A stretch of 63,054 nucleotides of DNA, counting the filler, from Octopus bimaculoides (taxonomy: Eukaryota), in assembly GCF_001194135.2 (NCBI RefSeq). It is 5 parts of 5 records of this genome, joined end to end, with 100 filler letters (N's around TTAATTAATTAA, not from the genome) between each part and the next. Parts side by side here need not be neighbours in the genome. Positions count along the whole stretch, not along the records: positions 1 to 18,579 come from NC_069009.1; 4 more parts are not named here. One strand, 5' to 3'. The notes under the pieces were generated by a model that worked only from the letters and a program-made list of their open reading frames with translations, was not told where the DNA came from and searched no databases. Position 1 is the stretch's first letter. The number at the start of each line of letters is the position of its first letter. Positions 1-11,559 of this stretch are shown here, in pieces. Made by a program: the position numbers and the translations under genes.

Positions 1-242
1 GATGATAATATGTATATATAATGATAATATATATATATGAAAGAAGGTTTGAAAATGCACTTATTTTAAAGATTTTTATTTACTTAACCGGTTTCACGTT
101 TTTAGAAAAAGGTTATCAAAAGTCTTTGAGAATAATAGAAAATGTTAAAAAACAGTTTGAGTATTAAAATGCATATATACATTCTTTGATGATAATATGT
201 ATATATAATGATAATATATATATATATATATACATATATATA

Positions 243-407
243 CGACGTGCTTCTTTCAGTTTCCGTCTACCAAATCCACTCACAAGGCTTTGGTCGGCCC
301 GAGGCTATAGTAGGAGACACTTGCCCAAGGTGCCACGCAGTGGGACTGAACCCGGAACCATGTGGTTCGTGAGCAAGCTACTAACCACACCGCCACTCCT
401 ACGCCTA
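243..407 (-). mobile_element. tRNA-derived SINE, family B (5' module)
   Basis: Reverse complement matches the head at 2142-2309 (TAGGCGTAGGAGTGG...GGTTC pol III A/B boxes...GGAAACTGAAAGAAGC). Confidence 0.85.
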
Positions 408-779
408 TATGTATAGACATACATAAAATCTCTTGCGTGAATTATCACACAATCATATATACTAGCACACACTCATGTTCACACACAAACGCATACATAA
501 ACTCACATTCACAGACATTCAAAAACAATCATATACACCTCTGCTGAGGGGTTGAGAATACGTATATATAGAGTCAAGATGAAAGAGAGTGTACTAGAAT
601 GTGGTCACAATTAAAAATAATAAATATGACGGCAATGAAATACTACCAAGAATGATCCAAATTGCTATTTTGTTAAACTAGAAAAGTTCTGCGAAATTCT
701 CCCGCCAATTTTCTTGAGACCATTGTTATTCTAATATTTGTAATATAAAATTAAGTTGAGAAAATATCTAGAGGAGAGT

Positions 780-1200
780 TTCGGAATAAATATTAAATAT
801 CATAGCGAAATAAATAGATGACTGCGCAGAAGGAAAGAAAGCGAGTAAGATGATAAGGATGAGGACGACGACGACGACGAAGACGACGATGAGGGTGAAG
901 ATGATGGTGATGATGATGACGATGGTGATGATGATGACGCTTATGGTGTTAGTGATAGTGGATATGAGGACAAGGCAGAGGAGGCGGAGGACGTAGTTAG
1001 TGCTAATAACGATGATGATACTAATGGTGATTATGGTGATAATGATGATGACGGTGTTGCCAGTAATAAAGGTATTGATGAGGATAATTATAGTGATGAC
1101 GATGATGATAATGATTCTCATGATGAGGACAATGATGCTGGTGAAAATTCTGATGACGAATATATTTAAGAGCTTCATGGCATAGACGTTGGTAGTGATG
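780..1200. repeat. Degenerate (GAT/GAC)n low-complexity tract
   Basis: Imperfect trinucleotide run visible in the sequence. Confidence 0.85.
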
Positions 1201-1297
1201 AACGAAGAAAAGGATTATGAAGAAATTTACATAAAAATGAGATTTAAGAAACAACCAAATGAAGGAACGGGAAACCAAATGCAATAGAATCTGGGAC

Positions 1298-1907
1298 AAG
1301 AAGAAGAAGAAGAAGAAGAAGAAGAAGAAGAAGAAGAAGAAGAAGAAGAAGAAGAAGAAGAAGAAGAAGAAGAAGGAGGAGGAGGAGGAGGAGGAGGAGG
1401 AGGAGTGGGAGGAGGAGAAGAAGAAGAAGGAGGAGGAGGGGGGAGAAGAAGAAGGAGAAGAAGAAGAAAAGGAGAAGACGGAAAAGAAGGAGGAGGAAAA
1501 GAAGAAGGAAGACGAGAAGGAAGAAGAAAAGGTGGAGAAGGAAGAGGAGAAGAAGAAGAAGAAGAAGAAGAAGAAGAAGAAGAAGAAGAAGAAGAAGAAG
1601 AAGAANNNNNNNNNNNNNNNNNNNNNNNNNNNNNNNNNNNNNNNNNNNNNNNNNNNNNNNNNNNNNNNNNNNNNNNNNNNNNNNNNNNNNNNNNNNNNNN
1701 NNNNNNNNNNNNNNNNNNNNNNNNNNNNNNNNNNNNNNNNNNNNNNNNNNNNNNNNNNNNNNNNNNNNNNNNNNNNNNNNNNNNNNNNNNNNNNNNNNNN
1801 NNNNNNNNNNNNNNNNNNNNNNNNNNNNNNNNNNNNNNNNNNGGGGAGGAGAAGAAGAAGAAGAAGAAGAAGAAGAAGAAGAAGAAGAAGAAGAAGAAGA
1901 AGAAGAA
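1298..1907. repeat. (GAA)n/(GGA)n microsatellite containing an N gap (1606-1843)
   Basis: Seen directly. Confidence 0.95.
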
Positions 1908-2141
1908 ACATGTAGACAGCCAAGTAGTACAAGAAGCTGCAGAACAATAAAAGTGGTAGCAGAAGTTGGTCATGATCAAGTAGAGGTAGAAAATGGAAAA
2001 TATCTGGCCTAACGCTCAGCATTGATCTAGAGGTAAACATGATACATGATATACAGCGTGAATTACAAACACAATTTGATACAATAGCATTCATGCATAC
2101 ATGCACAAAGGGACAGACACACGTACCTATATACAAACATA

Positions 2142-2309
2142 TAGGCGTAGGAGTGGCTGTGTGGTAAGTAGCTTGCTTACCAACAACATGGTTCCGGGTT
2201 CAATCCCACTGCGTGGCACCTTGGGCAAATGATTATTACTATGGCCTCGAGGCCAACCAAAGTCTTGTGAGTGGATTTGGTAGATGGAAACTGAAAGAAG
2301 CCCGTCGTA

Positions 2310-2358
<49 letters not shown>

Positions 2359-2577
2359 GTGTGTATATGTCTGTGTGTCACTGTTTGTCCCCCCAAATCG
2401 CTTGACAAACAATGCTGGTGCGTTTACGTCCCCGTAACATAGCGGATCGGCAAAAAAAACGATAGAATAAGTACTAGGCTTGCAAAGAATAAGTCCTCGG
2501 GTGGATTTGCTCGACTAAAGGTGGTGCTCCAGCATGGCCACAGTCAAATGACTGAAAAATGTAAAAGAGTAAAGAGT
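2142..2577 (+). mobile_element. Bipartite tRNA-derived SINE, family B, with internal (TA)n/(TG)n tract
   Basis: A-box TGGCTGTGTGG and B-box GGTTCAATCCC, then a microsatellite, then a second module ending CCAGCATGGCC.CAGTCAAATGACTGAAA...TAAAAGAG. The same layout recurs many times in the window. Confidence 0.85.
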
Positions 2578-2793
2578 ATATGCGTGTCCTGAATGTTTCA
2601 CCCTCAGCTATCAAGCTCTCATACATTCTAAGTGTGTGAAATGTTCCCAAAATCTCATTCACAGATTCTCAAGCAATAAAAATCATCATTAGAAAGACGG
2701 AAGAGAGAGATTGAAATGAAGGATGGGAAAATATTGCAGATTTAGAAGTATATCGTGAATGAAATAATATAAAAGAAGACTGATTCAACTTAC

Positions 2794-2865
2794 AGAGATG
2801 TTAAGTTGGACAGATTCTGGAAGGTGCCGTTTTTCATTGCCTTGATATTATTAAAACGTAAATCT
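2794..2865 (-). CDS. LRR-protein gene, coding exon 2 (one 24-aa LRR, 72 nt, phase 2-2)
   Basis: TTTTATGTTCCAG acceptor and GTAAGT donor. Translates (L)DLRFNNIKAMKNGTFQNLSNLTS(L), fitting the LxLxxNxIxxIxxxxFxxLxxLxxL pattern, and joins in frame to the 8661 exon. Confidence 0.9.
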
Positions 2866-2949
2866 CTGGAACATAAAATTGAGTTAAGATGAATTCATTT
2901 GGAACAGATTTGTGACAGAATATAAAATATTATGACTTAACAATGAGAT

Positions 2950-3693
2950 GAGGGAAGAGATTGCGATAATGAAGGGCTTCATAATGGTGATGTTGATGAT
3001 GATGTTGATAATGTTGGGGATAGGTACGCTGAAAATTACGGTCATGAGATAGAGGACAAGAGAATATAACAATAGAGTTGCTGACGAAAATGTTATGAGG
3101 CCGATAATGGTGGTAATGATGTTAATGTTGATTATTAATTATAAGGATTGTCATGTTTATGGTGATGATGAATACGAAATTCATGACGATGCTGAACATC
3201 ATACTAACGATGATGATGTTGGTGGTGATGATGTTTTGTCAGTGGTGAACATGATCGGGTCCAAGATGGGGCATTTGAAGAAAGAGTGGGAGATGATTAT
3301 GGATAAGAAGCGGAAGAAGAACGAAAAATAGGAGAAGAAGAAAAGGAAGAGAAATAAAAGAAAGAAGGAGATGAGAAGTACACCAAGGAAAACGAGAAGA
3401 AAGGGAAGAAGAAGAAGAAATAGAAGAGGGAGAAGAAAAAGGTAGAAGAATAAAAGAAATGAGAAGTATACGAAGAAAAACGAGAAAAAGAAGAAGAAAA
3501 AAGAAGAAAAAGAGGAATAAGGAGGTAAAGAAAGACAAGAAGAAATAGAGGAAACACAAAAGTAAGATGAAGAGGAAGCTGAAGAAAACTAGAAGAAAGG
3601 GGAAAGAAGAAAATGAAGGAGAAGAAGAAGAAGAAGAAGAAGAAGAAGAAGAAGAAGAAGAAGAAGAAGAAGAAGACGAAGACGAAGAAGAAG

Positions 3694-3724
<31 letters not shown>
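2950..3724. repeat. GAT-rich tract followed by GAA-rich/(GAA)n tract
   Basis: Seen directly. Confidence 0.85.
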
Positions 3725-4452
3725 GACATTCGATTTTCTGCTAAAATATATACCTATATCCAGTAGGAAAGATTATATAAGAATACTCTTGGAGTAGACT
3801 AGCCGTTGATACACAGAATGTGACGGAAGGCGTTCTTATTTATATGAAGAATATCTAATTGGACAAACTCGGCCCTCGACGCACACTCCGAAAAATATTT
3901 AAATCAAGACAAAACCCACCGACCAACAAACACAACTAGCTTCGAGGAGGAACTCTATAATATAGTTATAAGGTGACATTGAGGAAGTAACCTAGCAGAC
4001 AAAATAATCATGAACAGTAGAATAGGAAATAACTTACGATTTCGAAAAAGCTCCAGGGATATTTGTGCCAGCAGACAAATCGAGTAACACATAGATTGTC
4101 AACGCTGTTCTATATAAGAATCTAATGAGAGATCTATTGACACGCTAATAATGACATTAATGAAAATAAAGAATAGAGAATTACGAATGGCCAGAGAACT
4201 AGTTATAGTCGATAGAACCGATTCCTATGTAGCTAGAAAACCCAGGATTACGCTTAAAGACCACAAACCTAATATTGTGACTGGCCGATCAGTTATATTG
4301 ATTTGCCCGTCGATATGAGATATATGGATTATTAGGAAGAAGATCAATGATATAGGAATTCCCGCCCTTAAGTCTAAAATTAGATTAGCCCTGTGGACAG
4401 ACACCCGAGAGGTAATTTTTTGGATTAAGCAAATTAAAATACGTTTTGCCAT
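3725..4452 (+). mobile_element. Penelope-like retroelement ORF relic (N-terminal region and start of RT)
   Basis: Broken frames read KYIPISSRKDYIRILLE / LIHRM*RKAFLF / IFVPADKSSN / PRITLKDHKPN / LKSKIRLALWTDTREVIFWIKQI, resembling PLE motifs (NIPIP, RMRWKAFF, FVPADK, ITLKDHK, QWKNTxxVIxWF). Multiple stops and frameshifts. Confidence 0.8.
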
Positions 4453-4980
4453 ATCTTCTAATATATAACATTCTATGATCAGTCTGTCCGATTTATTTGT
4501 GTATTTACATGACTATGTGTCCACGCACAGCGCCTATTCTTATATATTTTTACAGATGTGGAAGTATATATGAAGAGAAATGTATGTCTGTGTGAGCGTA
4601 TCAAACCACGAAGATGCACCTATAGTTGTGTGTTAATGTGGGCCTGTGTATAATATATAGATATATGCGCAGGACTGTGTGAATATGTGTGGGCGTACGT
4701 ATACATATAGGTATATATGTTGGACTGTGTTCATGCAAATACTATGAGTGTATGTCTATCTTTATGTCGATATTTATGAGTGTACACGCACCAGACCATA
4801 AAGAGTGCGTTTGTATATTCATATCTACTAACGGTTATATATAATAATGTTTTTTCTCTGTATTGTATATTTGTTTCTTTCCCTATTTTCTATAAGTATG
4901 AACCAGCATCTGTCAATTTGCCATTTCTATCTACAAACCTCTAAGTTGTGCGAAGCAGAGTTTCTTTTAATCAGATACAC

Positions 4981-5095
4981 TTGAAAATCACCTGAGGAGA
5001 CACATCTACACCGAGGGAAGCAACTAAACCAGTTATACAGTATCCTACACGCAAGGGAACGATGGTAGACAGGTCGAAACGATTGTAGTGATCAA
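4981..5095 (+). ncRNA. Type I hammerhead ribozyme motif (minimal stem III, long stem II)
   Basis: AUCAC(4987-91) CUGAGGA(4992-98) GAC...GUC(5073-75) GAAA C GAUU GUA(5085-87) GUGAU(5088-92). All core nucleotides present; stems I, II and III pair by eye. Confidence 0.8.
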
Positions 5096-5100
5096 TTATG

Positions 5101-5318
5101 ATTCTTCTAACTTATTTCTAGGCACAAGGCCCGAAATTTTGGGGAGGGAGCCAGTGGATTAGATCAATCCCAGTACAACTGGTACTTAATTTATCGACTC
5201 CGAAAGGATGAAAGGCAAAGTCGACCTGTGCGGAATTTAAACTCAGAACTTAAAGACAGACGAAATACCACAAAGCATTTCGCCCGGCGTGCGACCGTTT
5301 CGGCCAGCTCGCCGCCTT
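5101..5318 (-). mobile_element. tRNA-derived SINE, family A
   Basis: Reverse complement of AAGGCGGCGAGCTGGC...GAGTT(T)AAATTCC...GGGCCTTGTGCCTAGA; matches the copy at 11169. Confidence 0.85.
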
Positions 5319-5354
5319 GATTTAGATAAATACTGTCAGGCATCTAGTTGACTC

Positions 5355-5932
5355 AGACAATGAAGAGATGCTGTATTCGTTGCAGCATAGTGATACTGAG
5401 ATGCCTCGCTTGTTCAAAGTTCTTCTCATCCTCTACTGTCAATGCCTGTAAAAAACTGGAAGCTGTTGACAGGGATCCAACATGAGCAGCTAAACGCAGA
5501 AAGCATACAGAGGGTTCTAATGTCGTTGTAACTCAAAACTTTGATCAAAATATCCAAGAAACAGTTGATAAGATCACTAGAAAGTCAATCAGAGCCATTA
5601 CGCTATTACAAAGGACATCAGGGTTTCAGAATGCAACATAAGAAGAGTTGTTCATGAAGACACTCGCTAATGGTCGGATGCGGAGGAGTCAGTTCATGTT
5701 TGATGTAACAAGAGAAATCGTTCAATCCGTGAACAGCGTTGCTAAACAAGTTACACCACTAGGAGCCTAGAATGCTTTGGTTTCTCTCCGAGGAGCAAAA
5801 CTTCAATCAGTACCAAATTGTAAACCGAAGGAACGGCAAAGGTTTTTAGAGACCGAATGCTGCTCTAACTTCGCAGCAAAGGTCATGTCCCTGGGAGTCG
5901 TCAACAGTGATGGAGACGTCCTGTCCCCTCAC
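5355..5932 (+). mobile_element. Tc1/mariner (DD37D/maT-like) transposase relic, N-terminal half
   Basis: Broken frames read HSDTEMPRLFKV / IRVSECNIRRVVHED / MLWFLSEEQNFNQYQIVNRRN / VMSLGVVNSDGDVLSPH, compared with WFFSDEKNF...VMVLGVVSxEGDVMPPH. Confidence 0.75.
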
Positions 5933-5945
5933 ACACGCACACACT

Positions 5946-5990
<45 letters not shown>

Positions 5991-7164
5991 CCATAAACTT
6001 TAATTGTATACAATATAGCAACATTGTTTAAAACATTTAACTATAGTACTACATGATAAGACTTACCCTGTTTCATTATCAATGGTTTGCTAGTGGGCGA
6101 CCCCCTTAGTTGTCAGCTAACATCTTGTTTTAAATTTCCCTTTACCAAACCTCATGATATTGCTTCTAATAAATCTTGATTTTTATGACTATACCAACTA
6201 TGATTTCTGTCTGCTCACTCAGCCCTACTGCTAACAGATACTGCGCTTTATTCTCTCAGCCTTTGATATACAAGGATTTGATAAACTAGTCTCTAAATTA
6301 AAACTGACCCCATAAAAACAAACAAAAACAGTGACAGGCAGAGTCTTCTTGATAATTTAGTAACTTATATGCTGTAGTAGTGGCAACATGTTCTTTGTCT
6401 ATCTCCTTAACTTCTTGGAGATTTTAGATATAATTATACTAATGTGTCCATCTGTTCTAATTTAATTCTATGTCTTTGTGCAGCTGAGGATTGCTATGCA
6501 TTTTAAATTGATGTAATGATTGGATTGTTCAATTAAATGGAGTTGAACGAAACAATCGTACTACATTACCACTGGATATCCTTGTTGCTTATTTTGATAT
6601 ATATATCCGTGCCTTCCCCACTCTCACCTCCCCCACCTCCCAACACCATCACACCACACCACGCTACACCATACCACACAACACATCATCCATGTCGCAC
6701 AGCCAGCGAAATTAATGATAACTACTCTTTCCTCCAAACTCAGCATGTAAAAACAAGTGGGATTTCAACTTAAAATGCAAAGAGTCAGAGAAATACCAAA
6801 AGGCACCCAGTCCAACATCCCTACACTTCGTCTAGTCCACTGGTCTGATTTGATATTCGAAAGTGTGTAAGGTGAAGACGACCTGCTCGAGTTTTGAAGT
6901 CGGAGTACTGAGTACTAGATCAAATACCACAAGCTATCATTCTACGCAAAGGTCTGCCGATTCAGCTAATTTGCGACTAAATTATGAATTAGATTATGAA
7001 AATTTAAAATCACTAAATAATATATATCTGCAGATATACGGATTTCTGTTTAATTCAGACCATCCCAAATATGTTGAGAAGTGGGTAAGTCGATGGAATC
7101 GATCGAATTGAAATATTTTATTTAAACTGAAAACATGAAATGATTAATGCAATATAATTTTTTC

Positions 7165-7282
7165 TACTCAAGGCACAAGGCCCAAAAGTTTTGGGGACGG
7201 GGTCAGTCGATTACATCGACTCCAGTACGCACTCGAAGGGATGAAAGGCAAAGTCGACCTCGGTGGAATTTGAACTCAGAAC
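7165..7282 (-). mobile_element. SINE family A, internally deleted copy
   Basis: GGCACAAGGCCC...GGATGAAAGGCAAAGTCGACCTCGGTGGAATTTGAACTCAGAA. Confidence 0.75.
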
Positions 7283-7856
7283 CAATTAATGCAATATAAT
7301 ACAATTTATTTAATCTTAGTTTATACTCAGGAAGAGTCGAACTCATTCGTTACAACCTAGGTGGTTTTATTAGTTGAACTGGAACAGACCTATCAGCTAA
7401 AACTTCAGTAAAGCTTAAACAATTGTTTAGAATTATAACTTATGTGAGTTTATTTCTAAAAAGATGCAGCCCAAATTTTACTGATGACATCCTTAATAAA
7501 AATGAAACGTTCATAAGCTGTGCACACCGGACTATTTTACATTTTTCATTTACGTAATTTAAGAGTCAGGCAATCTAGATGGCTCTCGTAATTATCAGCA
7601 GTTTAATTAGTTTAACAGTATCAAATAATGTTGCGAAATTCGGCATCCTGACACCAACGCAACTCCAACAGTCAAGTCAGCAGTCGGGAAACGGAGTCGG
7701 GTGGGGACATCCCAGCAAGCCAGCATGATTAGAATGGAAGAAGTAGTCGTACCCGGTCGGATGTCTTGCGTAATGTGGTTCTTCGTTACCAGCTGCACTT
7801 TGACTGGTCACATCTTATCTTTACACCGAATGTCTTTGTTGCCAAATCCACATCTA

Positions 7857-8062
7857 CCGTTCACATCCCTCGTCGCCTGACCTCACACAAACTGTTCACA
7901 TCGCTTAACTCTCGTCACCAAATCTTCACATCATCGAACTCTCATCGCTAACTCTTCACATCGCCCAACTCTCATCACCCAGCTCTTCACATCGCCCAAC
8001 TCTTCACGCTGCCCAAAACCCATCTTCAACTCTTCCCAAAGCCGAACTCTCATCGCCAACTG
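7857..8062. repeat. Degenerate ~30-bp minisatellite (AACTCTTCACATCGCCC + AACTCTCATCGCC)
   Basis: TTCAC core recurs at 7895, 7925, 7955, 7986 and 8003. Confidence 0.8.
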
Positions 8063-8660
8063 ACCAACACCACGCTTTCTATCACAAAATTAAATTTTTC
8101 CGCCTCACCGTAAAAACGTATAAAATAACGTGTAACATGCTTCAAGTTAGTTACATGATCTACGAACTTTATTTCTCATTAAAAGGAATTATAGATCCAT
8201 TTTTGGTTTTCTTTTGTAGAACTAGAGAACAGCATTTCGATATCGAGTAGTATCATTTAGAATTAAATTTATCACAATATCTCTTCCATTTTAATACTTT
8301 CCTTCATAACAACAATATATGCGTCACGTTTTGCTAATACCAACAGTTTTCATACTTTCTCTTCCCTGAATTTTGCCATATGGAGTTTTGATGTGATAAA
8401 CTAACATCATCAAAGTTCAGATATTGGTCTGATCCCATCTTTGTGTGCAATACTGTAAATTATAGACTCCATTTGAGTCAACATGTACAGAGGAACAGTC
8501 TACTTGACTTCACGGCAGTTAACATATTTGCCATTTTTACTCCAACATAGCATCACGTTTTAAAGCTGAGGTCAACAACAAACGGCATTAGTTACGAATG
8601 TATCCTACACGAATTTAAAGCGTTGGATGTGGAAAAGTTGTAGAAAGGTCTAATACTTAC

Positions 8661-8842
8661 AAATATTCAACATTCAGTGGCATTGCTTGCGGGACCGAAG
8701 TCAGTCCCCGAGATGAACAATATACATATGTCTGAGAATTTTCGCAGGAGCATATGCTGCAAATATCTGGAGCAGCATGAGACTCCAACCACAATCTCAT
8801 AAAGAGTACTAACACAAAAGTCGGTTTCAATTGATGGAACAT
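8661..8842 (-). CDS. LRR-protein gene, first coding exon (signal peptide + LRRNT cap)
   Basis: MFHQLKPTFVLVLFMRLWLESHAAPDICSICSCENSQTYVYCSSRGLTSVPQAMPLNVEY(L): hydrophobic N-terminus and CxxCxC...CxxRGLTSVP. GTAAGT donor at 8660. Strong pyrimidine tract/AG acceptor at 8863 with an in-frame TAA before the ATG, so the exon spans 8661-8862 and a 5' UTR exon lies further upstream. Confidence 0.88.
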
Positions 8843-10104
8843 ATTTTCAGACGTTGATTAATCTATAAAAGAAGAAAATACAAAAGAAATCAGAAACTTC
8901 AATGTAATTTCTTTCCCATTGCACTTTTTTCGAAGGATAACGACTGCCCCCTGTTCCATAAGATGGTTTTATCCTTGATTTGACATTCAGTTTAATATTT
9001 AAACTCACAAAACTGAATTCAATGATAAATCAATATGGAGAACATAAGTATAAATCATAGCTTTAATGAGTCATAATGTCGAAGATAAACTGAACATCAA
9101 TCACCCTTGCATCTCTCCCCAACACACACACATATTATACATATCTGTGTGAGTGCATGTATATAATGTTCTATCTATTTTTGTTGTTTTTCTTTCCATT
9201 AACATTTTGTCTCTCGTCGGATTCCATGGAGCTATTTTACGAAGTTCTTACAACTGACCAACTTTCTCTCTCAACAACTCAAACTCGGCTTTCTTCCCTC
9301 AATTAAAGAAACCGAAGTGACCTCTGCTGATAAAACCACAACCCCATGAACGGCTGAGGACCCCGACACCTCAACATCGGCAGCGGAAATGTTCACTCTC
9401 TGTTTTTACGAAAGTGCAAGCTCATCCCAAATTTCCTGCTCCCCGAACCTCCAGCAACAACAACCTAAATTCATATTTCTATCAAACCACTCCATATTGT
9501 ACCGATGCCTTGGTTGCTGTGGTTGCGGTTGTAATGGTTGTGGTGGTGGTTATCTTCGTCGTGGTAGTGGTACTGGGTGTGAACATCAATGGTGGGTAGC
9601 GCTTTAAAAAGGTCATCATTTATACCCCGACAAGAACTGGACAGACAGATTTCTTCAGACGTCAATCTCGCACTTTAGTACTTGTAAGAGACTAGAATAG
9701 AATTTGATGGACGGAAGGACTGTGTAGGGTTAGTAAATTGTAAGAAGGGTGTAAAACCTCGAAAGATTGCTTAGAAACGTCCAGCTGATAGGTCTCGACT
9801 GGGTTACTTTCTGCGTAGCCGCCTAGGCATGCTGTGGCTGTCAATATGCAGGCACACGCTGAGGTTGGACTCCTGCAACGGTTTCGTGACGGTGAACGTA
9901 TGTGGGCACCGTTTCTGAGGTACATTTTTCCACTGCTCCTCTTCTTGAGAGGACTGTAGGCCGTGGTGAAGAAAAGCCCGATATTCACTGCCTGGTGCCT
10001 AGAATGTTACCAGGGGTACACAACTCTCTACCCGTCGAACATGCACTTGTTGAGTGTCAGAGCATGATAATGAAGGAAAGGCCCACCAACTGCTAGCATC
10101 ACTG

Positions 10105-11010
10105 TGACGAATAAGTGGATGATGTTCCATTGTGATTGACACATGGGAAAGCCATTTTAGTCTTGAACGATGCGTCAAAGGATAATGAAGTGTTAGACAA
10201 TCGATAAATAACATATGTACCAATTATGTGGGAATTGGTGACAGGAGTAATAACTGATGAACGATACAAATTTTTAGAATATGAAAGATTTTTATCAGAT
10301 GAGCAGAAGGGCTGTAAACGCATGTCAAGTGGGACAAGATATTAGGTGTTAATAGACAAGATGATATTAAGGAACTGAAAAAGGAGATTAACGAGACTAG
10401 GAGTGGCCTACCTTGATTATAAAATGGCCTATGATATGATGCCTCGTAGTTGGATAGGGGAATATATGGGGTTATTTGGAGTGGTAGAAAGTGTACAAAG
10501 ACTGCTAAACAGAGATATGACAGCCTGGAAACTGGAGTTAACAACTGCAGGAAGGTCATTGGGTACAGTGAACATCAGAAGAGGATTATTTCAGGGAGAC
10601 AATCTTTCACCACTCTTGTTTGTGCTGATATTAATACCTCTGCCAATGGCTTTGAGAGATGTTAAAGTGGGATATAATTTGAGAAATGAAATGGGATGGA
10701 AGATGTTAATCACCTAAAATGCATGAATGAGTAAAAACATTAGAAGAAAAATGAAGAAGAACTTGGCACATTTGTGATAAGAGTAAGCATTTTCAGTAAT
10801 AACATACGCATGGAATTTGGTATGAATAAATGTATCATTTGATACTGAAGAAGGGGAGATAAAGCAGAGTCAAAGACTTAAAGTCAGAGTGGGAATTTTG
10901 AAATCAGATACCATAAAAAACAGAAAGATGAAGGATACCTTTTCAAAGGAGTACTACAGAACGAGCAAATTGATATAGGAATTTAAGTTAAATACTGGAA
11001 ACATTGTAAA
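10105..11010 (+). mobile_element. R4/Dong-clade non-LTR retrotransposon RT relic
   Basis: LTHGKAILV...IMWELVTGVI...EQKGCKRMSSGT...AYLDYKMAYDMMPRSWI...IRRGLFQGDNLSPLLFVLILIPL; several stops. Confidence 0.85.
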
Positions 11011-11168
11011 GATAATAATTCAAGGGCTCGACTTTGCCTTTCATCCATTCGGGGTCGATAAAATAAGTCCCAATTGAAAACTGGAGTTGATGCAATCGAC
11101 TCATCCCCCCTCCCCTAAGATGCCCTTCCAGCAAAAATTTGAAATAATAATAAAAATTATTATTGTTT

Positions 11169-11430
11169 AAGGCGGTGAGCTGGCAGAATCTTTAGCGCGA
11201 CGGACAAAGTGCTTAGTGGTGTTTCGTCTGCTGATACGTCTAAGTTCGAATTCCGCTGAGGTCGACTTTAACTTGCATCCTTTTGGGGTCGATGAAGTAA
11301 GTGCCAGTTGCGTGCTGGGTTCGATCTAATTGACTTACCCCTACCTTAAAATGTCGGTCGTTGTGCCTAGTGTAGAAAGATTATTATTATTATTATTATT
11401 ATTATTAATATTATTATTATTATTATTATT
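11169..11430 (+). mobile_element. SINE family A, full length with (ATT)n tail
   Basis: AAGGCGGTGAGCTGGCAGAA head, AAGTTCGAATTCC B-box, TTGTGCCTAGTGTAGAAAGA followed by ATT repeats. A partial copy precedes it at about 11024-11150. Confidence 0.88.
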
Positions 11431-11559
11431 CATCTATAAGGATTCGGATTTAAGTTTTTGTTTTGGATTATTACTTGTGTTTTACCTCCACCCTCTGTTG
11501 CATTGCCACGTGTCGAATATTTGGAAATTGTCCATAGTCTTTGATATGTAGCCCCCACC

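Noticed and set aside
647-730. LRR-like text NNNGLKKIGGRISQNFSSLTK*QF on the minus strand
   Set aside because: Wrong phase for the gene, internal stop, wrong spacing and no 72-nt splice fit.
9354-9410. CUGAGGA...GAAA hammerhead-like pair
   Set aside because: No G10.1-C11.1, no NUH triplet and no stem I.
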